Shown here piece by piece: positions 16,596 to 24,534 of a stretch of DNA of 44,206 bases. Below the pieces are notes generated by a model. It did no database searches. It worked only from the letters and a program-made list of their open reading frames with translations, and was not told where the DNA came from. Made by a program: the position numbers and the translations under genes. Within the stretch, counting starts at the first letter, position 1. Every line of letters begins with the position of its first letter. Source of the stretch: a virus (Duplodnaviria; Caudoviricetes); the IMG/VR virus record IMGVR_UViG_3300010376_000017, positions 1 through 44,206 of that record; one strand, written 5' to 3'.

Positions 16596-17276
16596 GGGTG
16601 CAGCGCGGCTTCACCCCCCGGAGACAAGGGGCGAGGGTGAGGCGCCAGGGCCACCGCGACCGGCCCGGCTGCGAAAGGGCCAGCCCGCGCGGACGCCGAC
16701 AAGCGGTCTTCACCGACCGCCCCTCCAGCACGGAAGCAATGAGGTGTCCCCCCGATCCGGCGCCCGCAACGAGGCGGGCGAGAATCCCTTTCGACGGGGC
16801 GGCGGAGCGCGTGCCAGCGGCACCCGCCAGCCCGCAAGGGTGAGGCGGGGTTAGCAACCCTGCGCGCTCCCGAGCCGACGCGTACAGCAAGCCGTGACGA
16901 GGGGCGGCCGGTCAAGACCGACCGGCGACCGCTACCGAGGCGGGATGATCCCGCTCCGAGGACGCCACCCGGGCGTGGAGTTCCGAGGGCACGGAGCGCA
17001 ACGGGCCTCGGAGCGCGCGGGTTTGATTCCCGCGGGCCTCGGAAGCGGCCGCCACCGGCTAACCCCCGACAGCGCCGGACGACAAGCGGGGGAGTCAGCC
17101 ACGCGCGAAGCCGGGAGTGGTAGCTCCCGGCCTGCGTGCCAGCGAGTACGCTCCTTGCGGCGGAGCCGGGCGGTCAGGCTCCATCCCCCCACGGGCGAAC
17201 CGCACGCCCGGCTCAAAGGAGCCTATTTCCCAGCCACCCGGCTCCGTCAACTCCTTACACTCGTGGGCGTCCACCC
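16596..17276 (+). ncRNA. Candidate large structured non-coding RNA (~680 nt)
   Basis: Only long gap without a credible CDS; own promoter; nested long-range helices, GNRA loop, T-loop arm; 5' GGGUG can pair with 3' CACCC. Confidence 0.7.
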
Positions 17277-17290
17277 GATCGGAGGAACCC

Positions 17291-17383
17291 ATGCGCGAGA
17301 CGACCGAGCCAGACACCGAGTCGACGCCCGAGGCGCCACCGGCCGAGCCTGAGCCGGAGAGCGAGGAAGGGGAGGCGGGTTAG
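17291..17383 (+). CDS. 30-aa acidic Pro/Glu-rich peptide
   Basis: GGAGGA RBS; MRETTEPDTESTPEAPPAEPEPESEEGEAG. Confidence 0.5.
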   Translation: MRETTEPDTESTPEAPPAEPEPESEEGEAG

Positions 17384-17421
17384 ACTCCACGCGCGACTCG
17401 TCGTCGCGGTGTGGTGGTGTT

Positions 17422-17450
17422 GAGCGGGGCCGTTCGTCGCGGCCCCGCTC
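17422..17450. terminator. Terminator-like hairpin between convergent units
   Basis: Perfect 11-bp stem GAGCGGGGCCG/CGGCCCCGCTC. Confidence 0.65.
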
Positions 17451-17462
17451 GCTTCTCCAGGT

Positions 17463-18290
17463 CTACTCGTCCGGCGCCAGGGCCGCGTCGCGACTCTCGT
17501 CCGCCTCTTCGGCGGCGATCGAGGCGGCCAGCTCCCACATGAGCTGCTGGTGCTCGATCAGGCTCTCGGCCATGCTCCGGGTCATGTAGCGCGCGTCCGG
17601 GATGCCCAGGAACGTGCGCGCCTCCGTGACCCAGTCCTCGTTCGGGCGCAGCTCCTTGAGCTTGCCCATCAGCTCCCCGACCTTCGCGAGCTGCTCCGGC
17701 GACGGGCGCACCTCGGGCGGCAACGGGCCGGGGGAGTCATCCGCCGGAGCAGACGCAGGCGGCGCCTCCTCGGCCTCCACAGCGTCGTCCAGCGGCATCT
17801 CCTCGGCGGCCGCTGGCTCGTATCCGGCCAGTACGACGATCTGGCCGAGCGGCGCTCGCAGGGCGCGGCTGATCCCGCGCGTCTGGGCCATGCTGCGGAT
17901 CGCGAACGGATCGCGGTCCTTCCATTTCTCCTCGGCCCGCGAGCACTCGCCCTCGGCAGCGCCGACTACCGCGCCGTCCGAGATCCTGCGCGCCTCGACG
18001 TGGGCGATGATCCCGTCGCCCGTCTCGTTCGGCCGGGTCGAGATCACGACCGGCGCGATCCCGAGCATCCCGCCCAGGGTCGTCCAGCCCTCGACGTAGA
18101 CGTGCTTGCGGCCGCGGATCGTCTTGAACAGCTTCTTCTGCTCGATCACGTCCATCAGGGCGCTGGCGATCTCGCCCATCCGGGCGAGGGCCAGCTTCGG
18201 GTCGCCGGTGCCGAACAGGGTCGCCGGGAGCGGCGCCGGGTCGTAGGGGACGAGATCGGTGATCTCGACGTCGTCGTCGACTTCGGTCAT
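17463..18290 (-). CDS. Putative single-strand annealing/recombination protein
   Basis: I.GRKHVYVEGW...AEGECS..E..W...AIRSMAQTRGISRALR core plus acidic tail; in replication module. Confidence 0.55.
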   Translation of the reverse strand: MTEVDDDVEITDLVPYDPAPLPATLFGTGDPKLALARMGEIASALMDVIEQKKLFKTIRGRKHVYVEGWTTLGGMLGIAPVVISTRPNETGDGIIAHVEARRISDGAVVGAAEGECSRAEEKWKDRDPFAIRSMAQTRGISRALRAPLGQIVVLAGYEPAAAEEMPLDDAVEAEEAPPASAPADDSPGPLPPEVRPSPEQLAKVGELMGKLKELRPNEDWVTEARTFLGIPDARYMTRSMAESLIEHQQLMWELAASIAAEEADESRDAALAPDE

Positions 18291-18511
18291 GGGGCAGTCC
18301 TCTCTCCCTGCGAGCGCAGGGCGTAGCGTCGGCCGATCTCGGCGTACGCCTCGTTGTGGCAGTCGAGGCACATGTTCGAGCGGCCGATCTGTCGCTTGTG
18401 CTTCGGGCACTGGACGAGCTTGCGGCCGCCGCGTGGGTAGGCCGCGGGGAGTCGCAGCTCCGCGGCGACGAGGGGCAGCATCTTGCTCGCGTAGTGCCTC
18501 CAGGTGGTCAT
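18287..18511 (-). CDS. Small zinc-finger protein
   Basis: CPKH...CLDC; coupled to downstream gene. Confidence 0.55.
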   Translation of the reverse strand: MTTWRHYASKMLPLVAAELRLPAAYPRGGRKLVQCPKHKRQIGRSNMCLDCHNEAYAEIGRRYALRSQGERTAP

Positions 18512-18552
18512 TCGCTGTTCACGCTACCGAACGAATCGGACGGCACGTCCCT

Positions 18553-18678
18553 GGTTCGCCAACCCCTACTCACACGCTGGCGGCGCAAGTGGTTAGCCAA
18601 CTCCCCTCGAATCTGGCGAACCTCTTGCGCCGCCAACAGGTGAGTAGGGGTTGGCCAACCTGTCACTCAGGTTCGCCA
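18553..18678. repeat. Long imperfect palindrome with GGTTCGCCA-like iterons; candidate replication origin
   Basis: Nested inverted arms of 21 bp (20/21), 12 bp (12/12) and 9 bp (8/9) directly after the primase-helicase stop. Confidence 0.7.
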
Positions 18679-20576
18679 CCTGTCTCGAATTCTGGCGGAA
18701 CTGTGTCGGGTATATCTGGAAGTCGCCACCATGCGCGGGCTGGAAAGCCTCTCTGCTCACTTTCTATATTCAGACGCTTCGCGGCACGCTGGATTGTCCG
18801 GTCACTCATCCCCTGGCGCTCCGCTTGCGCAATCAGCGGCTCCTTCTCGTGCCACTCGTGATCCTCCAGAGCCATGAGCAGAAACGCCTCCGCTTGCTCC
18901 GTTCTGCCGATCTTGCGTACAGAGGACAGAACATCGTCGCGGGTCACGTCATCGGCCTTCTCGACGTACTCCAGCTTCATCGTCTCGAACTCCTCGCCGC
19001 CGATCCCGATGAAGGTCGGAACCACCTGCCAGCGCTCGGTCGGCTGGAGCTGGCCGTAGTTGTGCTTGTGCTGCGCGATCAGCCGCTTGAACTCGTCCGC
19101 GACTCCCTCGACGTCCTTGTCCGGGGTGACGGTGATCACCGATCGGGCGGCGTTGTAGAAGCCGGTCGAGCCGGAGATCCGCAGGTAGATCTCCTTCGAG
19201 TCGGTCTTGTTCAGGTGGGCGATCATCACGGCCGCGATGTGGCGCTCCTCGGCCAGCCGGTGCAGCTTCCCGAGAACGACCCTGACGTGCTGGTCACGGT
19301 GACTGTCCAGGCTCAGGTCGAGGCTGGCGCTGATCGGGTCGATGATCAACAGCTTCGCGTCGACCTCCTCGACGTGCCGGGCGACCTCGTCGAAGTCGGT
19401 CGGGAAGGTCAACGTGCCCTCCTCGATCGGCAGCGTCAGGTCGTGGAAACGGGCCGGGTTCCCACCGGCAGCCGCGAAGCGTGGACGAAGCACGTGCTGG
19501 GCCGAGTCCTCGGAGCTGATCACCAGCACCTGCTCACCGCCGTTCGTCACGTCGGCGGCCCAGCTCAGGGCGAGCGCCGACTTGCCGAGGCCGCCGACTC
19601 CGGCGATCAGGGTCAGCGTCCCCAGCGGCACCCAGCCCTGGATCAGCCATTCCGGGTGGAGCGGCGTGATCTCGGACATAGCCCTGCGGATCACCCGGCG
19701 CTTCGCAGGCCGTCCTGGGGCCGCTGGCGGCGCCGGGGATGGCTCTCCGGGTGCGTCCCCGTTCAAGATCCGCAACGCCTGCTCGCGCAGCGCGACCTGC
19801 GCCGGATCGTGTCCCGGGTAGCGCCGGGCGACGTCGTAGGCGAGATCGGCTACGTCCGCGTCCGTCAGCTCGCCGTCCTGCTCGCAGCGTTCGTGGAACA
19901 CGGTCAGCAGGGCGACGGCGATCTCGTTGCCGGTCATGCCCTGCCGCCGCATCGCCCCGGCCATCCTCGCCAGGGTGACGTGCCGCTTGCCCGCCGGGAT
20001 CGGGCCACCGCCGCTGGGCACCGCGATCGGCCGTCGGCCTCCGGCGAGCAGCGTGTCCGGCGCCGGTGCCGGGTTCCGGTCCTTGTGCTCGATCCAGGCG
20101 TGAGCCGGGCGCCCTTCCTCGCCGCCGGTCTGACTCGGCGGAGCGACTACGAACTGCCCATCGGCCTTGAGTTCGAGACCGTCGGCCAGCACCCGGCCCT
20201 GGATCTTGCCGCCCGGGTGCTCGAAGTAGTAGTGGCGACCGCCGCCGCCGGTCGAGACGGTCGGGGTCGACGGCAGCGGCAGGTACGCGGCCAGGGACTC
20301 GAAGCCGCCGGAGCGCGGGTCGACGTCGAGCACGAGCAGCTTGGAGGCGACGCCGGTGACCACCCCGACGTTCGCGTTCGGCCAGCCCTCCCACCATCCG
20401 GCGATCAGGTTCGGGTCGCAGCTCGCCTGCTCCGGCCACTTGCCTAGGCGCGGGTGCTTGCCCGGCGTCGAGCAGTTGAGACCCTTGCGGCAGGAGCAGT
20501 ACCCGACGGCCATGTCGTGCAGCGGGATCACCTTCCAGCCGCGCTGGGCCAGGTAGAGCGCGTCACTCAGGCTCAT
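18663..20576 (-). CDS. Bifunctional primase/polymerase fused to AAA (RepA-like) helicase
   Basis: CSC...C..PGKHP, NVGVVTG, VLDVD, TGGGGRHYYF; G.RH..L helical domain; Walker A GVGGLGKS, Walker B LIIDP, HLNK. Confidence 0.92.
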   Translation of the reverse strand: MSLSDALYLAQRGWKVIPLHDMAVGYCSCRKGLNCSTPGKHPRLGKWPEQASCDPNLIAGWWEGWPNANVGVVTGVASKLLVLDVDPRSGGFESLAAYLPLPSTPTVSTGGGGRHYYFEHPGGKIQGRVLADGLELKADGQFVVAPPSQTGGEEGRPAHAWIEHKDRNPAPAPDTLLAGGRRPIAVPSGGGPIPAGKRHVTLARMAGAMRRQGMTGNEIAVALLTVFHERCEQDGELTDADVADLAYDVARRYPGHDPAQVALREQALRILNGDAPGEPSPAPPAAPGRPAKRRVIRRAMSEITPLHPEWLIQGWVPLGTLTLIAGVGGLGKSALALSWAADVTNGGEQVLVISSEDSAQHVLRPRFAAAGGNPARFHDLTLPIEEGTLTFPTDFDEVARHVEEVDAKLLIIDPISASLDLSLDSHRDQHVRVVLGKLHRLAEERHIAAVMIAHLNKTDSKEIYLRISGSTGFYNAARSVITVTPDKDVEGVADEFKRLIAQHKHNYGQLQPTERWQVVPTFIGIGGEEFETMKLEYVEKADDVTRDDVLSSVRKIGRTEQAEAFLLMALEDHEWHEKEPLIAQAERQGMSDRTIQRAAKRLNIESEQRGFPARAWWRLPDIPDTVPPEFETGGEPE

Positions 20577-20749
20577 TCCCGCATCCACCGCTCGATACTC
20601 AACTCGTAGCCCTTGACGACACAGGGCAGGCCGCAGAAGCGACGTAGGTGCCTGGTCGTGATCAGGATCACGTGGTCGGCCGTCAGCGGCAGCCGACAGT
20701 CGGGGTTCGCGCAGTAGAGCAGCGGGCAGCCGTCAGGGTCGTCGGCCAC
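20573..20749 (-). CDS. Small zinc-binding protein (58 aa)
   Basis: CANPDC...FCGLPC; ATGA coupling to primase. Confidence 0.55.
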   Translation of the reverse strand: MADDPDGCPLLYCANPDCRLPLTADHVILITTRHLRRFCGLPCVVKGYELSIERWMRE

Positions 20750-20751
20750 CG

Positions 20752-21159
20752 CTAGAACGGGATGTCGTCCCCGGCGGCCTTGCCTGCCGGGAGCGGCTCC
20801 TCGGAAGCGCGGACAGCAACGGCGTACTTCTTCTTCGAGCGCGGCTCGCCGTTCACCTCGAAGTTGTAGTCGGGACCGCGGACGATCGCGATCTTGTCCC
20901 CGACCTGCGGTCCTGCCTCGTCCATCTCCTCGGCCAGCCCGGCGGACTCCCACTCGAACCTCTCGGCGCCGCTCGCGTCCCAGAACAGGTACGCGGTGCG
21001 CTCGCCGTTCGCAGTCGAGAGCATCGTCGCGCCCCGGAAGCGGCCGGAGAAGTTGCCGCCCTCGTCCAGCTCCACCCGGTCGCCCAGGTTCGAGCCGCCG
21101 CCTTCCTGCTCGGCCAGCCGCTTGTTCGCCTCGGCCAGCATCTCGTCGTACTCGCTCAT
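20752..21159 (-). CDS. ssb: Single-stranded DNA-binding protein (putative)
   Basis: OB-like beta pattern and C-terminal DDIPF tail; next to primase. Confidence 0.65.
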   Translation of the reverse strand: MSEYDEMLAEANKRLAEQEGGGSNLGDRVELDEGGNFSGRFRGATMLSTANGERTAYLFWDASGAERFEWESAGLAEEMDEAGPQVGDKIAIVRGPDYNFEVNGEPRSKKKYAVAVRASEEPLPAGKAAGDDIPF

Positions 21160-21311
21160 GCCGAACTCCCTTCGTCGTCGTAGTGGCGTTCGTTCCAGGC
21201 GCGACGCTCCTGCTCGTGCTCGCGGGCGTCGTCCCGCTCGTCGCGCTCCTGCTCACGCTGCTCGCGCAGCACCTCCGGCTCGTACTTGAGCGCCTCGTGC
21301 TCCACCGTCAC
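21156..21311 (-). CDS. Small highly charged protein (51 aa)
   Basis: GAGGAG RBS; ATGA coupling; EQREQERDERDDARE. Confidence 0.55.
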   Translation of the reverse strand: MTVEHEALKYEPEVLREQREQERDERDDAREHEQERRAWNERHYDDEGSSA

Positions 21312-21365
21312 CTCCTCTGGGTTGTCGCAGGCCGGGAACCTCCCCAGCGCCCGGCCCGCAACCGT

Positions 21366-21869
21366 TCAGAGCAAGCCGCAGTAGCGGGCCGTGTTCGGCC
21401 AGGGGTAGAAGCCGCGCGTCTTCCAGGCGCGCTCGGCCACGTACATCTGCTCGCGTGGCGTCCAGGTGTTCGCCCAGCCCTTGCGCAGCAGCCAGGCGGG
21501 GGCGTAGCTCTGCATGAACTCCCTGTCCATCTGGAGTCCGCCCCAGTACGGGTCGCCGGTGTCAGTCCAGCTTCCCTCGAAGCGGTGGATGCAGAGCCAG
21601 GCGGCCAGGTGTGGCACCGACAGGGTGTGAACCCCGTTGAGCCGGTGTTCGAGCCGGATGATGTAGGCGTGCGCTCGTAACAGCTCGCGCATCCGCTCGA
21701 CGGCCTTGCGGTGCCAGAAGCGCACCTGCTGCTCAAGGGGCGACTCCGGCGGCTTGCTCGTCGGCTCCGCGGTCGTTGCCGCGGCCCGGGGGATCAGCAA
21801 GGCGCAGAAGATCGCCGCCGCCGTGATGGCGGCCCAGCAGGCGCCCCAGCCGTGTCTCGTGCGGGTCAT
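21366..21869 (-). CDS. Exported Rpf-like (lysozyme-fold) transglycosylase
   Basis: N-terminal hydrophobic signal ending AAA; W.CIHRFEG, YWGGLQM, PREQMYVAER, G..PWP motifs; AGGAGG RBS. Confidence 0.8.
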   Translation of the reverse strand: MTRTRHGWGACWAAITAAAIFCALLIPRAAATTAEPTSKPPESPLEQQVRFWHRKAVERMRELLRAHAYIIRLEHRLNGVHTLSVPHLAAWLCIHRFEGSWTDTGDPYWGGLQMDREFMQSYAPAWLLRKGWANTWTPREQMYVAERAWKTRGFYPWPNTARYCGLL

Positions 21870-22035
21870 CCGTGTACCTCCTGAGAAGGCGCAACGCGGC
21901 GAGTACGCCCTCACACCAGTCGGCGTAATCGAGCAGGTAGCCGTCCTGGGCGTGGGCGCGGTCGAGTTCCGCGTCGTGGATCAGCGCGTCGAGCTGGTCG
22001 CGCTTGATCCGCTTGCGCTTGTGCAGGGTCTTCAC
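21733..22035 (-). CDS. Hypothetical protein
   Basis: GGGAGG RBS; 3' end overlaps the Rpf-like gene. Confidence 0.5.
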   Translation of the reverse strand: MKTLHKRKRIKRDQLDALIHDAELDRAHAQDGYLLDYADWCEGVLAALRLLRRYTDDPHETRLGRLLGRHHGGGDLLRLADPPGRGNDRGADEQAAGVAP

Positions 22036-22194
22036 GTACCTCCCGTTCCGTCGCGGTGGGTGAACGGGTGACCCTAACGCCCGGCCGGGATGACCGCCAG
22101 ACTTGCCCGGACGGAAAACGCGGTCTTTGCAGCGGATCGTGTGCTGTGCGGTAGGGTGGACGGAATGAGCGGATCAACGAGAGGAGGTGAACGC

Positions 22195-22869
22195 ATGAAC
22201 AAGCAAGCAGAACGGCACCTCGACAGAGCGATCGACCTCGCCGCCAAGGGCGACAACTTCCACTGGCAGGCGGGGCTGGAGATCCTCGCCGCCCAAAAGG
22301 CCGACTCCACGCTCTCGAATACCGAGATCGGACGGCGCATGGGCAGAAGCAAGACGTGGGTCATCTACATCGTGCGTCTTGTTACTACCGGAAAGCCGGA
22401 TGACCGAGTGGACTGGCACCGCGGCTCTCACGCAACGAAGGCCGAGATCCAGACGGGTGCCGAGAAGCTCCTGGAGACCGCCCCGATCAAGCAGATCGAG
22501 AAGATGCTCGACAAGCTGCCGCCGAAGCGCAAGCAGGCAGTCGCGAAAGCCCTGCACGTGCCCACGGAGATCGAGCAGCAGGCCGAGGAGGCCAAGAAGA
22601 AGCAGAAGCGCGAGCGGAAGAGGAAGCACAACCTCCGCTACGTGGAGATCGAGGGGAAGCTCGGCAAGATGAAGGAGATCGGCAGGCAGATCCTCAACGT
22701 CTCCCACGACGTCGAGTTCGACGAGGAGGAGCAGGAGCTGCTCCGCCACTCCCTGTCGGGCGTCAAGGCGGTACTTGAGCTGATCAGCCTCCGTCTGGAC
22801 GGAGCCACCGACGTCGACTGGGACGCGGAGCTGGCGAAGATCACCGAACGAGAGGAGGACGCAGCATGA
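22195..22869 (+). CDS. HTH-containing protein, candidate regulator
   Basis: LSNTEIGRRMGRSKTWVIYIV; GAGGAGGTGA RBS; divergent from replication unit. Confidence 0.7.
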   Translation: MNKQAERHLDRAIDLAAKGDNFHWQAGLEILAAQKADSTLSNTEIGRRMGRSKTWVIYIVRLVTTGKPDDRVDWHRGSHATKAEIQTGAEKLLETAPIKQIEKMLDKLPPKRKQAVAKALHVPTEIEQQAEEAKKKQKRERKRKHNLRYVEIEGKLGKMKEIGRQILNVSHDVEFDEEEQELLRHSLSGVKAVLELISLRLDGATDVDWDAELAKITEREEDAA

Positions 22870-23285
22870 GCACAACGGCCGAGAAGGCGAGTCAGCTCCA
22901 CGACTTCGCCCTCCGGCATCCAGACGGCTTCACCTACTACGACGCCAGGCGCGAGTTCCCCTGGGCGCGGGCACGGGCGAAGTTCTTCCGTGTCGTCCGC
23001 GTTCTACGGCTCGCACTGGCCGCCCAGGACGAAGGGGTGACGCTGCCCTGCGAGCCGCAGGGGCCACGCGAAGCGTGGCTGTACCGGCTGACCAGCGAGT
23101 ACGAGCACGGCCAACCGTGGACGACGAACCGGATCGGGGACATGGAGACGCGGCTGGAGACGGTCGAGGCCGTCTCCCAGGTGCTCGTCTCTTCACTCGA
23201 CCCGTCTGACCCCGACTGGCGCCGAGCACGCAAGATCTACTCGACTGTCAGCTACCTGCGAGCAGAGCTGGCCGACCTGGACTAG
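22866..23285 (+). CDS. Hypothetical protein, possible winged helix
   Basis: Coupled to HTH gene; strong RBS. Confidence 0.65.
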   Translation: MSTTAEKASQLHDFALRHPDGFTYYDARREFPWARARAKFFRVVRVLRLALAAQDEGVTLPCEPQGPREAWLYRLTSEYEHGQPWTTNRIGDMETRLETVEAVSQVLVSSLDPSDPDWRRARKIYSTVSYLRAELADLD

Positions 23286-23295
23286 CCGGAAGGGT

Positions 23296-23328
23296 GCGGG
23301 GCGGCGATCAAGCCACGTGCCGCCCCGC
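23296..23328. terminator. Hairpin between convergent genes
   Basis: GCGGGGCGGC/GCCGCCCCGC stem followed by pyrimidine run. Confidence 0.6.
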
Positions 23329-23337
23329 TGCCTTCTT

Positions 23338-24534
23338 CTACTCGATCGTCTCCAGGCTGGGCAGCGGCAGCTCCTCGACCGTCAGCCAGTTCGGCTTGTT
23401 GTCCTGCACCGCCTGCCAGATCTCGGCGCCCTGCATGAAGTTGCCGGTCTTCACCAGCTCCCAGTCCTGGGTCACGATCGAGGTCACGTGCTGGCGCTGC
23501 GCCTTCTCGTGCAGGTACGGCGGCAGCTTGCGGTCCATCTCGTTGAACTTGCGCGCCAGCGGCAGCCGGTACTCCGGCACGACGAGCGCCCGCAGCAGGT
23601 AGTCGCGGTACTCGCGCCAGCTCTCGAAGGTCGGCGGCAACTCGCGCGGGAAGTAGTCCTGCGGCCCGAACTTGCCCGCCATGTCGACGCCCGGCAGCCG
23701 CGCGCACAGGCGCTCGTACGTCTCCGGCTCGAACTCCTGGCAGTAGAACAACCAGCGCACCGCCGACTCGTGGTGCAGGTTCGAGACGCGCATGTCGCGC
23801 ACCGGGATCCCGAAGCGGTACTGGATGTCGTAGATCCGCGCGTACTCCCAGCCGTGCTCGTGAATCGCCTTCCAGACGTCGGCGTGATGCCAGTCGTAGA
23901 GCGGGTGGAACGTCCACACGTCCTGGCCGTCGACGCGCTCACCGTTGCCCCAGGTGACCCACTTGTAGGCCGCGTAGTAGGTCAAGCCCATGAAGCGGTT
24001 CGGGGACTCCTCGCAGCGCACCCCGGCGATGTGCGCGACCGGGCGGCCGCCGCCGTGCGCGACCGCGAAGCGCGAGAAGAGGTCGAAGAAGCGGGGCGTC
24101 CCGTAGACGTTCCGCTTGTACGAGAGCGGGTCGGCCGGGTGGATCCACTTCTCCTCCTCGGCCGGGTCCCAGGCGTGCAGCCAGTGCGAGTCGCGCGAGC
24201 TGGCGTTGAAGATCTGGTGCGGCACCTGGAGCCAGTACGGCTCCACGTCCGGGTGACGCATCCACGATCCGACCAGGTCGACGACCGCCTGCCACTCCGC
24301 CTCCTGGTCGAGCCAGTAGACCTTGAGCGGCAGGTAGCCGCGCTCGCGCGCGATCTCCAGGCACTTGTGGAAGAGGACGGTCGAGTCCTTGCCGCCGGAG
24401 ACGTTGACGAACACGTTGCCGTCGAACTCGTCGTAGATCCAGGCCAGCCGCTCCAGCAGGGCGTCGTGGACGTTCTGGGTCGAGTAGATCCGCAGCCCGG
24501 CGCCCGAGGGCCGCTTCTTCGGGGCGCGCTTCAT
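23338..24534 (-). CDS. ibrA: IbrA/YbdN-like PAPS-reductase-family (PP-loop) protein
   Basis: SGGKDS, LDQEAEW, GVRCEESPNR, HPLYDW..DVW, MRVSNLHHE. Confidence 0.9.
   Translation of the reverse strand: MKRAPKKRPSGAGLRIYSTQNVHDALLERLAWIYDEFDGNVFVNVSGGKDSTVLFHKCLEIARERGYLPLKVYWLDQEAEWQAVVDLVGSWMRHPDVEPYWLQVPHQIFNASSRDSHWLHAWDPAEEEKWIHPADPLSYKRNVYGTPRFFDLFSRFAVAHGGGRPVAHIAGVRCEESPNRFMGLTYYAAYKWVTWGNGERVDGQDVWTFHPLYDWHHADVWKAIHEHGWEYARIYDIQYRFGIPVRDMRVSNLHHESAVRWLFYCQEFEPETYERLCARLPGVDMAGKFGPQDYFPRELPPTFESWREYRDYLLRALVVPEYRLPLARKFNEMDRKLPPYLHEKAQRQHVTSIVTQDWELVKTGNFMQGAEIWQAVQDNKPNWLTVEELPLPSLETIE

Noticed and set aside
16955-17044. Canonical tRNA or tmRNA gene
   Set aside because: No CCA end, no standard anticodon arm, T-loop variant, no tmRNA-type acceptor; kept only as a tRNA-like domain
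16562-17352. Listed ORFs across the non-coding region
   Set aside because: No RBS, no coupling to neighbours, low-complexity translations in all frames
23338-24534. cysH sulfur-assimilation auxiliary metabolic gene
   Set aside because: Length and motifs match IbrA/YbdN rather than true PAPS reductase; the C-terminal ECGLH motif is absent
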